Below, piece after piece: positions 1 to 10,099 of a stretch of DNA of 64,000 nt. Made by a program: the position numbers and the translations under genes. Where the stretch lies: positions 1,280,001 through 1,344,000 of the forward strand of contig CBDIID010000003.1 in NCBI GenBank assembly GCA_965279515.1, in the 5' to 3' direction. The stretch comes from Turneriella sp. GTDB taxonomy: Bacteria; Spirochaetota; Leptospiria; Turneriellales; Turneriellaceae. Each line of letters starts with the position of its first letter. Positions within the stretch are counted from its first letter, which is position 1. The notes under the pieces are model-generated. The model did not search any database. It saw only the letters and a list, made by a program, of their open reading frames with translations, and had not been told where the DNA came from.

Positions 1-1
1 C

Positions 2-550
2 GAAGACGAACCCGAAAACGGCCGGGCAAATTCACTGCTCGGCGATGTCTACTACCTGCAAGGCCAGTACGAAAAAGCTTTGAGCCACCTGATGCGCGCC
101 TCTGAGCTCAATGATTACAAGGGTGCCGACTATTTCAGGCTCGGCCAGACTTACGAAAAGATGAAAAAGCCGAAAGAGGCGATCCGCTCGTACCTGAAGG
201 CCTATGAAATGGATGAGTCGATGAAGACAGCCCTCTTCCAGACGGGTTTTGTCTACCTGAGCCACGAGCGCAATAAGAAGAAAACGATCGAATACTGGCA
301 GCGGTTCGTCGACGAGGCGGTCTCTGACCCGCAGCGCGAAAAGGTCGTTACGGTCCTGAAGTTCCTGAACGACCCGAATTTCGTTTTGCCCGACAAAAAC
401 AGCCCCATCTCGCTCGAAGAGGCACTGATGCTCGGCGGCGCCGGCAACGGGTCTGAGACCAAGACCGGTGAAGATAAAGGGGCGGGCTACGAAAAAGAAA
501 AGGAAAAGAACGACGGCAAAGAACTTCTCGACGACGACAAGTTAAACTAA
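2..550 (+). CDS. Tetratricopeptide repeat protein (5' truncated by window edge)
   Basis: Frame is open from position 2 (EDEPENGRANSLLGDVYYLQGQYEKALSHL...); TPR-like helices such as YFRLGQTYEKMKKPKEAIRSYLKA. Confidence 0.8.
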   Translation, partial: EDEPENGRANSLLGDVYYLQGQYEKALSHLMRASELNDYKGADYFRLGQTYEKMKKPKEAIRSYLKAYEMDESMKTALFQTGFVYLSHERNKKKTIEYWQRFVDEAVSDPQREKVVTVLKFLNDPNFVLPDKNSPISLEEALMLGGAGNGSETKTGEDKGAGYEKEKEKNDGKELLDDDKLN

Positions 551-560
551 AATATAGGCT

Positions 561-926
561 ATGGCTCTCTCGAACGATCGCCGCAGCCAGCACCGTGTCA
601 CAGCGGGTGCTTACATCGAATACCGCGTCACCTTCGACGGCACACAAGTAAAAGACGCCATCATGAGCGACATCTCAGAGGGCGGTCTCATGGTGCTCGT
701 CGAAAGCGCCGATATCGGCCGTGACCTGCAAATCAACGAACCCATCTCGGGGCATATTATCCACGACCGCACGCGTTTTGATTTTGTCTTCAAAGGCTCT
801 GTCGCCTGGATTCAGCCACGCGAGATGCGTGCGCGCAAGTTCGTCGCACTCGGCATCCGCTTCGAAGAGACGATAGAGTTGCCGGCACAGATCTATGCGA
901 TTCTGATGGCCGACCACGACTTTTGA
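561..926 (+). CDS. PilZ domain protein (c-di-GMP receptor)
   Basis: RRSQHR (RxxxR) and DISEGG (D/NxSxxG) motifs; ends with GIRF. Confidence 0.85.
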   Translation: MALSNDRRSQHRVTAGAYIEYRVTFDGTQVKDAIMSDISEGGLMVLVESADIGRDLQINEPISGHIIHDRTRFDFVFKGSVAWIQPREMRARKFVALGIRFEETIELPAQIYAILMADHDF

Positions 927-1816
927 ATTTTCTCCGCCAAATCGTCAAGATCGGGGGGGGATTTCTCACCGTCCTGACGCTGATTGTCCTCTTAACCGTA
1001 TTTCTCCAGCACCTGCGCAAGGGTTCGGCCGAAGAGGCGATGATGGGCCAGCGCGGCACCGCCGAAGCCTTAAAAAAAATCCAGGACAAACCGTTTTTGA
1101 CCAAACTCGGTGAATTTGTCGGCGACCTGCCGCAGATCACAACGTGGAAAACCCTGCGCGGTACCAAGGTAGTGCCGCAGATCGGCCATGCACTCGGCAA
1201 CACTGCCCTGCTGACACTGCTCAGCCTGGTATTTTCTGTCGTTATCGGCCTCACGCTGCTCTTCGTCGGCGAGCTGTATCCCCGTCTGCAGAATTTTCTC
1301 GGGCGTTTGGCATCGGCCATCAATACCACGCCGATCTTTCTCGTCGGTATCTTCTTTATCTGGCTGTTCGCCTTTGCGCTGCGCCTCTTGCCTTCGGGCG
1401 GCGACCAGGATATACGGTCATTTATCTTGCCAGGGCTTTCGATCGGTGTGAAATTCGGCTGCCGGCTGTTTCTGTTACTCACGAATTATATGCAGGAGCT
1501 CAACACCAAGGTGTTTATCCTGCGCGCCCGCGCTTACGCGCTCAGCGAAAGGCGAATCTTCTTTCACAAGCTGGCTAACTGCATGATGCCCTTCATCATC
1601 TTCTGGCTGATTGAAACGGCTTCGCTGTTTTCAGGCGCGGTGATCGTAGAAGCTTTGTTCTCAATCCACGGGTTAGGTTCGCTTCTGATTTTTGCGCTCT
1701 TGCAGTATGACATCCGCCTGATTTTCGCAAACCTTGTCGTCATCGCCGCCATCGTCTACACCACATCGATTCTGCAAAACCAGATCGCCGCGCGGCGGGA
1801 GACGATCACATCATGA
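923..1816 (+). CDS. Peptide/nickel ABC transporter permease (DppB/OppB-like)
   Basis: Multiple TM segments; EAA-like ARAYALSERRI; GAVIVEALFSIHGLGSLL. Confidence 0.85.
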   Translation: MNFLRQIVKIGGGFLTVLTLIVLLTVFLQHLRKGSAEEAMMGQRGTAEALKKIQDKPFLTKLGEFVGDLPQITTWKTLRGTKVVPQIGHALGNTALLTLLSLVFSVVIGLTLLFVGELYPRLQNFLGRLASAINTTPIFLVGIFFIWLFAFALRLLPSGGDQDIRSFILPGLSIGVKFGCRLFLLLTNYMQELNTKVFILRARAYALSERRIFFHKLANCMMPFIIFWLIETASLFSGAVIVEALFSIHGLGSLLIFALLQYDIRLIFANLVVIAAIVYTTSILQNQIAARRETITS

Positions 1817-2586
1817 CGCGCTCTGTGATCGGCAAAGCCGCGCTTGTACTGTTCACGATTTTGATCGCAGCAGCTGTGCTCATGCCGGCGCCGGCAATAC
1901 GGCTCGAAGACGCCTTTTTGCCCCTGTCGTGGCGGCATCCGCTCGGCACCACGCCGCTCGGGCAATCGGTCGTACTACAAATCATTGCCGGTGCGGGCCA
2001 GACGCTTTTTATCGCGGTCGGGGCACTCGCCTTCTCGCTTGTGCTGAGCCTGATATTCACGGGATTCTCATTTCTCATGCCACGCGGTGCGGCACGCGCC
2101 TACGCGTTTCTGATCGATGCCTGGCTTTCGATTCCCGGCATCTTCATTGCGCTTTCGATCGGTTATTTTCTGCCACAGAGTTTTTTTTCCGTCCTCACTG
2201 CATTGGTCCTTTCAGAATTCGCGGCGCTACAGAAATTTTTTCTGCAGCGCCTGGGCGATGTGCGCAAAAGCGATTACATCACGATGGCGAACGTGATGGG
2301 CGCGGGCAATCTGCACACGCTGGTCACGCACGTGCTGCCGCGCCTCATGCGTGAGGCGGGATATCTGTTTTTCCTCACCCTGCCCTCTATCGTGCTTTCC
2401 CTGGCCAGCCTCGAATTTTTAGGAGTGCAAACCGGTTCGGAGCGGCTTTCGCTCGGCATGCAGATCGCCGTGTATAAGGATTACATATTGTTGTACCCGC
2501 ATCTGAGCCTTGCGCCTGTGGTGTGCCTGCTCGCCCTGCTGGCCCTACTCCACTGGTTAACCCAAAATTTCCTAAAAAAGGCCTAA
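1813..2586 (+). CDS. Peptide/nickel ABC transporter permease (DppC/OppC-like)
   Basis: HPLGTTPLG motif; EAA loop YITMANVMGA..HVLP; overlaps the stop of the upstream permease. Confidence 0.85.
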   Translation: MTRSVIGKAALVLFTILIAAAVLMPAPAIRLEDAFLPLSWRHPLGTTPLGQSVVLQIIAGAGQTLFIAVGALAFSLVLSLIFTGFSFLMPRGAARAYAFLIDAWLSIPGIFIALSIGYFLPQSFFSVLTALVLSEFAALQKFFLQRLGDVRKSDYITMANVMGAGNLHTLVTHVLPRLMREAGYLFFLTLPSIVLSLASLEFLGVQTGSERLSLGMQIAVYKDYILLYPHLSLAPVVCLLALLALLHWLTQNFLKKA

Positions 2587-2746
2587 AACGTTTTTTTGGC
2601 CCTGGCATGGACGTTGCTGGAATAGTAGGCCATTAAGCAACTACGTACGAAAACATACCTATCCCTCTACGTAGGCCTTCGGATGCAGTTGGGTCATGTT
2701 TTCAGCTGAATAGGCATCCCCATTCAGCAAAAATGAAGCAAGCGAA

Positions 2747-4843
2747 ATGATCGGCTACCATAGAATACTGCCAATAAAAATAAGACTCACGAGTCTTTTT
2801 TTACTCTGCCTTCAAATTCCCCAGTGTAAGAATTTTAGTTGGCCCAACACGGAGCGAAAAGACGAAATACAAGCGGCAAAAAGCCAACCCATAGGCCTTC
2901 TCAGCGCCCCGGTTTATAATCCCCCCCAGGGATTGTACAACGCCGCGCAGGCTGTCACGATTCTGGGTGCCTCAGGGAGCACCTTCTGCTATGCAACGAA
3001 TGGTACCAACCCGGATTGCGATCCGGCGACGGCGCTCTGTACGAACGGCACGGCCTATGGCGCCGCCTTAGCCGTCGGTGTTACGTTAACCCTGAAAAGC
3101 CTTGCCTGCCAGGTCGGGATGAATAACTCACCGGTAACGAGCGGAACCTATACGCTCGATTTGGCCGCGCCGGGCTCGGCTCTTTCCTTCGTTGCCAGCC
3201 CCGGTGACGGTGAAATTGCCCTCTCTTGGCTGAATCCTGCGGATGCCGATTTTGCCGGCATGAGAATACTCAGGAAAACCGGCACCTATCCCGCCAACGC
3301 TTCGGATGGCACGATTATTTATGCACTGACCGGCACGTCGACGAATGACACCGGACTTGTAAACGGCACGCAATATTATTATGCCGCCTATGCCTTTGAC
3401 CAGGCCGGCAATTTTGCGCCCACGGCGCAAGCGACTGCGACCCCTACGGCCCTGGCGGTCAACGCTCCCGTATTCAATCCGACAACCGGCGTCTTTAATA
3501 CCGGCCAGAACATCGCCGCCTCGACCAGCACCGCCGGTGCGCTGATCTGCTACACAACGACGGGCACAACACCGGCCTGCAACGCAACGCCTTCATGCAC
3601 CACCGGCACCACTTATACAATTCCCGTCGTTGTGGGTGCGACTACCCTGCTCAAGGCAGTTGCCTGCAAGGCCGGCGGCGCGACTTCGGGAGTCGCAAGC
3701 GCCACCTACACTATCGATGCAACCCCGCCTGTCATTTCGGCCGTGCAACCCGCAAGTTCGGCACTCATCAACTCCACGCAGGTGAGTTATACGTTATCTG
3801 AAACCTGTGCCTCAGGCTCCATTACGTGGTCGCAGACAGGCGGCACCTTTGACAGCGGCTCGCCTCACAATCAAGCTCTCACGGGCAGCGAGCTCCTGAG
3901 CGGAGCTCATACCGGTATTTCGCTGATCAATAGCCCCACACTGACCGAAGGAGCCATCTACGGAATAACTTTTAACTGCACCGACCCCGCCGGAAACGCC
4001 GCCGCTTCGGTAACAAGCACGTCGGTGACCTACAACGTCAATCCGCCCGGCAATATTTCCAGTTTGCGTGTGATTCCGGGCGATACGCGCACCACGTTGG
4101 TATGGGTAAATCCGCCGGATGCCGATTTTGCCGGTGTGAAAATTCTGCGCAAGACGGGCTCCTATCCCGTAAACAGCAACGACGGCACCGTGGTCTTCAA
4201 TGCCCTGGGAACAAGCACGCTCGATACGAGCCTCAGCAACGGTACTCTGTATTATTACAAAGCTTTCTCGTACGACACGGCGACAAATTACGCTGGTGGA
4301 GTGACGGCAACGGGCACGCCTTTTGCATCCTGTGGAGGCGGCGTTTGCCGCATTTTCGTAACGACCCTGACATTTTCAGGAAGCCTGGGAAATATTGCCG
4401 GCGCAGATGCGAAATGCAATGCCGATGCGGCAAAGCCCAATGGCAGCGTGTACAAGGCTATGTTGGTCGACAATGCCACGCGCCGTGCCTGCTCTGCAGC
4501 GTCTTGCGGTGGTGCGACGGGGGTGGAGCAGAGCCTGGACTGGCCGATCTTTCCCGCGAAGAACTATGTGCGCTCCGATGGCACCACAGCAATCGGCACG
4601 GCATCGGCGAACGCGCTCTTGCCTGCCACCCTGACAAACTCCATTGCCACCGGCGGCGGTCAAAACTGGACGGGACTAAACGCCGACTGGACAACCGCGA
4701 CCGACACCTGTAATACGTGGAGCGACGGCACCTCGGGATTCCAGGGAGCGCGCGGCACCCAGAACACGACAACCAGCTCCGCCTGGGCCAATGGTACAAA
4801 CCCGTGTGTCACCTCGCGGGGAATCTACTGCGTGGAGCAGTAA
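2747..4843 (+). CDS. Exported surface protein with repeated Fn3/chitobiase-like Ig modules and a C-terminal DUF1554 (Len/endostatin-like) domain
   Basis: Thr/Gly/Ala-rich; two APVxNP..G modules; two WxNPxDADFAGxxILRKTGxYP modules; C-terminal RIFVT..GADAKCNAD..YKAMLVD..IYCVEQ. Confidence 0.75.
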   Translation: MIGYHRILPIKIRLTSLFLLCLQIPQCKNFSWPNTERKDEIQAAKSQPIGLLSAPVYNPPQGLYNAAQAVTILGASGSTFCYATNGTNPDCDPATALCTNGTAYGAALAVGVTLTLKSLACQVGMNNSPVTSGTYTLDLAAPGSALSFVASPGDGEIALSWLNPADADFAGMRILRKTGTYPANASDGTIIYALTGTSTNDTGLVNGTQYYYAAYAFDQAGNFAPTAQATATPTALAVNAPVFNPTTGVFNTGQNIAASTSTAGALICYTTTGTTPACNATPSCTTGTTYTIPVVVGATTLLKAVACKAGGATSGVASATYTIDATPPVISAVQPASSALINSTQVSYTLSETCASGSITWSQTGGTFDSGSPHNQALTGSELLSGAHTGISLINSPTLTEGAIYGITFNCTDPAGNAAASVTSTSVTYNVNPPGNISSLRVIPGDTRTTLVWVNPPDADFAGVKILRKTGSYPVNSNDGTVVFNALGTSTLDTSLSNGTLYYYKAFSYDTATNYAGGVTATGTPFASCGGGVCRIFVTTLTFSGSLGNIAGADAKCNADAAKPNGSVYKAMLVDNATRRACSAASCGGATGVEQSLDWPIFPAKNYVRSDGTTAIGTASANALLPATLTNSIATGGGQNWTGLNADWTTATDTCNTWSDGTSGFQGARGTQNTTTSSAWANGTNPCVTSRGIYCVEQ

Positions 4844-4902
4844 TAGCCCGGTCTGCGGCTATTTTTTGGCATTCCAGATATCGTCATTTCGTATTTTGGC
4901 AT

Positions 4903-5577
4903 ATGACAATAAACCCGTTTGAATACGTCGCCGAATTACCGCAGGGAAAAGCTGAAAAGAAACAGGGCGAACCGCCTGCGCCGCTGGGCGAACGCCTCGC
5001 AAAAAACTTCATCGACAACCGCCAGATTTTTCTCTGGGGTGCTGTCACCGACCGTACGGCGCAGGTGATCGTCGAGCAGATGCTCTATCTCGAAGCCACA
5101 GGGCCGGGAAAACCGATCTATTTCTTTATCAACTCCCCCGGCGGAGTGATCACCTCGGGCATGGCAATCTACGACATTATGAAGATGATCACCTCACCGG
5201 TATATACCATCACGATGGGCATGGCGGCATCGATGGGCGCAATACTCTTAACCGCGGGGGAAAAAAAGCACCGTTACGTCTTCGAACACGCCAGGGTGCT
5301 AATCCACCAACCGCTGATCAGCGGCCAGATCGTTGCACCGGCGCTCGACATGAAAATTCACGCCGAAGAAATCGGTAAAACACGCAAAGAAATGAACCGC
5401 ATTATCGCCGAGACGACGGGCCAGCCTCTTGCAAAGATTGAAAAAGATACAGACCGCGATTACAACCTCGACGCGAAGGGCGCTGTTGAATACGGCCTTG
5501 CCGATAAGGTTTTGACAGACTTAAGGGAACTCGATTTACCTGGTCCAAAAGGATCTAAATCCACTAAAGCAAAATGA
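4903..5577 (+). CDS. clpP: ATP-dependent Clp protease proteolytic subunit
   Basis: INSPGG, AASMGA (catalytic Ser), VLIHQP (His), DRD (Asp); ATG at 4903 chosen over the longer ORF that overlaps the upstream gene. Confidence 0.93.
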   Translation: MTINPFEYVAELPQGKAEKKQGEPPAPLGERLAKNFIDNRQIFLWGAVTDRTAQVIVEQMLYLEATGPGKPIYFFINSPGGVITSGMAIYDIMKMITSPVYTITMGMAASMGAILLTAGEKKHRYVFEHARVLIHQPLISGQIVAPALDMKIHAEEIGKTRKEMNRIIAETTGQPLAKIEKDTDRDYNLDAKGAVEYGLADKVLTDLRELDLPGPKGSKSTKAK

Positions 5578-5602
5578 ACGCCTCCAGCAGATTCGGTGTG
5601 CG

Positions 5603-7189
5603 CTAGCGCGCGAGCGCTGCCAACACCTTCTCTGCAACCGCCTTCACTTCGCCCTTGCCAGCTTTGGCCAGTCGGCCGAGGTGAGGCTTGCAGCTATCGC
5701 CGTAGAGCGTCATCGCAAACAGCGCATCGTAGATTTCGGGGTGGTTCAGATTCTTCCCCACGGCCTTGATTTCCTTTTCCGCAATGTCACAGTATGCCGC
5801 CGGCTTCAGGCGCGCAAGATTATAGAGCGTGCGGTCGCGGATATAGACATTGGGATGCAGCATTAGTGCTGACCATGCCGCGGTCGGCAGGCGTTTTGCC
5901 GCCACATCGGTAAAATCCATCAAGTACTGCACGGTCTTGCCGTCGCCTTCGCCTGACAGCTCCCTGCGGATGAGATCCTGTACCGACGACTCTTTTACAG
6001 CGAGCCCCTCTTTCAGCGCCACCTCGGCCGAGAGCCACGCGAATTTCGCAGACACATCTTTTCTTGCCTTGTCAAACAGCGCGAGAATTTCCTGGCCGGC
6101 CTTCGCATCGCCGTAGCGCAAAAGTATCTGGCGGTAGGTGAGATCGCGCGCACCGCCCTGCGCGGCCATAAAGACATCAAAGTTGTTCTTCAACTTTTTT
6201 TCTTCCATCTCGACAGGAAAAATCGGCGCCTCACGCCCGACGCGTTTCAGCAGCTCTTCCTTAACCTGCGCATAGTCGCCGTATTCGGCCGGGTGATCCA
6301 GAAAATAAAGGATCGATTCCATGGACGCCACCGCTTCTTCGGGATAAGGCCCCAGCGCCATCGCTGCGTGGATCTCCATGTCGGCGGCATCGCGGGCCCC
6401 CTCGAGATAGCGGTCGGGGTGCACGACGGGAAATCCGAAACCGCCGCCGTTCTCTTTCCAGTACCTGACCTTGGGCAACATCTGGTCGCGGAACCACTTG
6501 CGCAGGTCTTTATCGCCGAGCACCATGCGTTTCCCATGGATCGTCGCTTCGCCGCTCGAGGTCACGATCTCCTTGTTATCGATCTTGATTTTCGCAAAAT
6601 CGGTAGCCAGGTTTTTTGCCTCGGCGGCAATCGCGAGATCGAGAGCGAGCGGCAGCAGGTATTCGCAATCGGTGGATTTCTTTTTGCAACGCTGGATAAT
6701 CCGCTTTGCATAATCACCCGTGCCCTTAAGCCCCGCTTTCGCCGCGGCGCGCATCGTGTCTTCCCAGGCGCTGCCGGTGAATTCATAGTCGCCGAGCGTG
6801 CCAAGGTATTTTGTCACCAGCGCCGCGGCGGCATCGCCTTCGAGCGCGATCAGCGCTTTCGCCGCATAGTGCATGTCTTGACGCGTCACAGGTGAAGAAT
6901 CGTAGTTGTGGGGTAATCCCGACGCCGAAGCGACGCGCTTTTTCAGCACGGGCACGGCGTCTTTGGCGGCGAGGTTGGTCAGAATATCTGCGAGATCTTT
7001 GAACGGGGTCGATGCAGTGTTGTTATCGCCCAACGCCTTGATGAGTGCGGGCACTCCCTTCGGCGCGCCGAGGCAATAATAGAAATCGATGCCGGTCATT
7101 TCTTCGCAGGTGATGAGCGCCGGGTCGGCGAAGATGAAGCCTGGGCTCAGGAGAGACAAACAAAAAAGGAAGCGACGCGCATAATGCAT
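5603..7189 (-). CDS. Exported alpha-helical (HEAT-like) hypothetical protein
   Basis: 528-aa ORF with signal peptide; helical repeat-like segments (GVPALIKAL, AVPVLKK). Confidence 0.6.
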   Translation of the reverse strand: MHYARRFLFCLSLLSPGFIFADPALITCEEMTGIDFYYCLGAPKGVPALIKALGDNNTASTPFKDLADILTNLAAKDAVPVLKKRVASASGLPHNYDSSPVTRQDMHYAAKALIALEGDAAAALVTKYLGTLGDYEFTGSAWEDTMRAAAKAGLKGTGDYAKRIIQRCKKKSTDCEYLLPLALDLAIAAEAKNLATDFAKIKIDNKEIVTSSGEATIHGKRMVLGDKDLRKWFRDQMLPKVRYWKENGGGFGFPVVHPDRYLEGARDAADMEIHAAMALGPYPEEAVASMESILYFLDHPAEYGDYAQVKEELLKRVGREAPIFPVEMEEKKLKNNFDVFMAAQGGARDLTYRQILLRYGDAKAGQEILALFDKARKDVSAKFAWLSAEVALKEGLAVKESSVQDLIRRELSGEGDGKTVQYLMDFTDVAAKRLPTAAWSALMLHPNVYIRDRTLYNLARLKPAAYCDIAEKEIKAVGKNLNHPEIYDALFAMTLYGDSCKPHLGRLAKAGKGEVKAVAEKVLAALAR

Positions 7190-7249
7190 GGGTGTTTAAA
7201 ATTGACCGCTGAGATTTTGTAAACCCATTTTGCCGGCAAACTCGTACAA

Positions 7250-8779
7250 TTACCCCAGGATACGTTTGGCCAGCGTCACCACGAACACAGAATTCAGAAA
7301 TATGCCGATGAAACCCTCGATGCCGGCGAGAATCTGCACAAAACCCGTCGGATGGATGTCACCGTAACCGATCGTCGTAAAGGTGATCATGGAAAAGTAC
7401 GCGATATGGCGGAAAAAATCTGCGGGCGACATCGCCAGTTCAGCCAAAGACCGGCCGCTAAGCATAATCTTATCAGGAAAAAGACAATACACACCGAAAA
7501 ATAACCCGAACGTGATCGCCATACTCGTCAACACGCGCGCCCAGTCGGTGAAATACCGGCTCGTCAGATCGAGCAGAAAGTAGCGCAAAAAACGCCGCAC
7601 GGGTTTATGTGCATTCTGCCTCAGGTTTTCGTAGCGCTTGAAGTGGTAACGGGAATCGAGTTCACTTTCGAGCGCATCGGTACTGCGGTAGATCTTCTGC
7701 AACAAGCGGAAATTCTCTTCTGTGCCTGCGATGTCCGTCCGGCCTTCAGAGTCCCTGAGAATCAGCGGCTCAAATTGCGATTTTTTCAGCGCATCGATCG
7801 GCAGGTGAAATTCCTGGCGGATGTCCGTCTTATCGAACATAATCTTACCGAGGCTTTCCTGCAGCGAAAACTCGACCGGTTCGTAAAAGATCGTATGCTT
7901 GAAGACAAACACACCACCGGCCTGCAGATGCATATCCGTAAACAGCGCCGGTTTCTTGAATTGCGCGAGCGAAAAATCTGCCCACGAATGAAGATGCGCG
8001 GCCTTGAAATCGGCGGTTTCGTGCGTGATGATATCCATAAAATATGCCTGCGCCTGAAAATCGGCATCGGCAAACACAACCTTCCCGTTAAACCGGCAGC
8101 TTCTGAAATCTACCTGGCCGGCGAACACGGCTGAATCAAAATAAGCCAGGTGCGAAAATTTAGCGCCCACGAAAGTTGCCCGATCTGCGAAGCGGGCCCC
8201 GTCGAAATAAAGTTCGTCATGGAAAACGGTTTTCGAAAATTCTAACCTGTCGTGGAACACGCTTTTGCGAAACGCGGCACTTTTCTTAAATTCCGCCTGC
8301 CTGAAATCAGCCAGGCCAAAACACTGGCAGCCGTTAAAATCAGAAATGCCCCAGAATGCGGCACCCTGAAAGCCTGCGTCCATATTAAATTCTGCCGATG
8401 CGACATCCGCACGGTCGAGAAAAACAGCATGGCTGAAATCCACCTCGCTGTGAAACTTTGCACCCGCCAGCAGCACCTCGTGGCAAAAAATAAAACCCGC
8501 GCATATAAGCGGCCCTTCATACTCCAGCCGGCGCAGGTCGAGCGGGTTGGCAACGACGAGAAATGCGCCTTCGGGCAGGTCGCGGATCGCCTGCGTCAGC
8601 GCCTCAGCGGAGGTCTCGCGAAAAATTCTGTACTGAACCGTGCCCGTGCGTTCTTCAAAGGGATGCGGATGCCCCGTCTTCAGCACATCGACCGATGTTA
8701 TGTCGCCGGGCAGCAGCCCGTTCGCCAGAGCATTCAGGAAATTCTGGTAAGTGACCGTGCCCGTGAAGACCATCCTCAC
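7250..8779 (-). CDS. Pentapeptide-repeat protein fused to a 2-TM potassium channel domain
   Basis: Periodic ADFxxAxF repeats; C-terminal YFSMITFTTIGYGD selectivity filter flanked by TM helices. Confidence 0.85.
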   Translation of the reverse strand: MRMVFTGTVTYQNFLNALANGLLPGDITSVDVLKTGHPHPFEERTGTVQYRIFRETSAEALTQAIRDLPEGAFLVVANPLDLRRLEYEGPLICAGFIFCHEVLLAGAKFHSEVDFSHAVFLDRADVASAEFNMDAGFQGAAFWGISDFNGCQCFGLADFRQAEFKKSAAFRKSVFHDRLEFSKTVFHDELYFDGARFADRATFVGAKFSHLAYFDSAVFAGQVDFRSCRFNGKVVFADADFQAQAYFMDIITHETADFKAAHLHSWADFSLAQFKKPALFTDMHLQAGGVFVFKHTIFYEPVEFSLQESLGKIMFDKTDIRQEFHLPIDALKKSQFEPLILRDSEGRTDIAGTEENFRLLQKIYRSTDALESELDSRYHFKRYENLRQNAHKPVRRFLRYFLLDLTSRYFTDWARVLTSMAITFGLFFGVYCLFPDKIMLSGRSLAELAMSPADFFRHIAYFSMITFTTIGYGDIHPTGFVQILAGIEGFIGIFLNSVFVVTLAKRILG

Positions 8780-8783
8780 ATTC

Positions 8784-10013
8784 TCACTGGCCGAAACCGG
8801 ACGATACTTTTATCGATTCTTCGGCCGCTTTCAGCAGGTCTTCTTTCCGCAGGCCCAGCGGCTGCAAAAGCGCGGGCACTTCTTCCCACGATTCGGCCTC
8901 AAACTTCTGCGTCACGAGCAGCAATTGCCCGATCTCGCCTTCATACTGCAAGATGGCTGCCCTGATGGCGTCATCGATATTCATCTCTTCGAGTATTTCA
9001 TGCATCGGCTTGCTGAACAGCACATCGAGCAATGACAGCAGACCGGTTAAAAATGCCTCATCGGCACGTGCTCCCCCCTTCGCCGAGAGGCGAATCAAAT
9101 ATTCCATCAGCCGTGCGCGCTGCAGGCTCGTCTGGAAAAGCGGGTTGGCGTTGTTCTGCTGCCCGGGATTCGCATACGCCATCAGCAGCAGCCATTGCAG
9201 CAGCTTTTTGGTGCCGAGCATCGTGATCGCCTGCCTGATCGAAGTGATGCGGCTACGCGAAAACATCGCGGCGGAATTCATGAATTTTAGAAGGTTAATG
9301 GTCAGAGTCGGGTACGGCCTGAAATTTTTCTCAATCTGGTCGACGTCGGATTCTTTCATCATCAGGCTGATCAGCTGGGTGATCGCGATTTTGTCAGGGT
9401 GAATCTTTTTCCCCTCGACCATGACAGGTTTCGAGAAAAAATAGCCCTGGTAATAGTCGAAATGCAGCTGCCGGTAGGTATGAAAGGCATCGCGCGATTC
9501 CACTTTGTCGGCGATGAACTTGATTCCCAGGTTCTTAAAGAGTTTCATTTTTGCCAGTGCCATTTCGGCGGTATTGCGCGCGCTATCGACTTTAACGAAG
9601 CTGATTTTATCGAACAGCGCCTGAAACTGTTTCACATAACGCTCATCGAGAATAAAATCGCCCAGCGCAAAGGTGTAACCCTCTTGCTTCAGCTTATGCA
9701 CCTCGGCGACGAACGCCGCATCGACCTTGGTTGTCTCCATGATCTCGAGCACAAATTGTTCTTTCTGCAGCAGGCCATGGATGCCGCGGCGGATAAATTC
9801 TTCGTTGATTTTCATCAGGCCGGTGCGATCACCCAGAATCTTACCGATGCCGATGTCGTTCAGCGCACCCACGACCAATTTGGCGGCGGCGTTTTCGCGG
9901 TCTGCCAGCCCCGCAGCGCCTTTCGCACCCGAGCGGAATACAAGATCGTAGCCAAAGATTTCTTCTGTGCCTGTCAGAATAGGCTGTCTGCCGACAAATA
10001 GCTGGTCTTCCAT
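8784..10013 (-). CDS. EAL-HDOD domain signalling protein (YuxH-like), EAL degenerate
   Basis: FVGRQPI..GYDLVFR; YYQGYFFSKP; HDOD features LLKFMNSA..SIRQAITMLG..AFLTGLLS. Confidence 0.85.
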   Translation of the reverse strand: MEDQLFVGRQPILTGTEEIFGYDLVFRSGAKGAAGLADRENAAAKLVVGALNDIGIGKILGDRTGLMKINEEFIRRGIHGLLQKEQFVLEIMETTKVDAAFVAEVHKLKQEGYTFALGDFILDERYVKQFQALFDKISFVKVDSARNTAEMALAKMKLFKNLGIKFIADKVESRDAFHTYRQLHFDYYQGYFFSKPVMVEGKKIHPDKIAITQLISLMMKESDVDQIEKNFRPYPTLTINLLKFMNSAAMFSRSRITSIRQAITMLGTKKLLQWLLLMAYANPGQQNNANPLFQTSLQRARLMEYLIRLSAKGGARADEAFLTGLLSLLDVLFSKPMHEILEEMNIDDAIRAAILQYEGEIGQLLLVTQKFEAESWEEVPALLQPLGLRKEDLLKAAEESIKVSSGFGQ

Positions 10014-10099
10014 CTTAGCCTGTAATTACGCGTGGTCCCACGCCAGTTTTAGAAAACCGCCTGCCGCTGTCCATGAATCCTGCTTTTGTTTGTGTTTCA

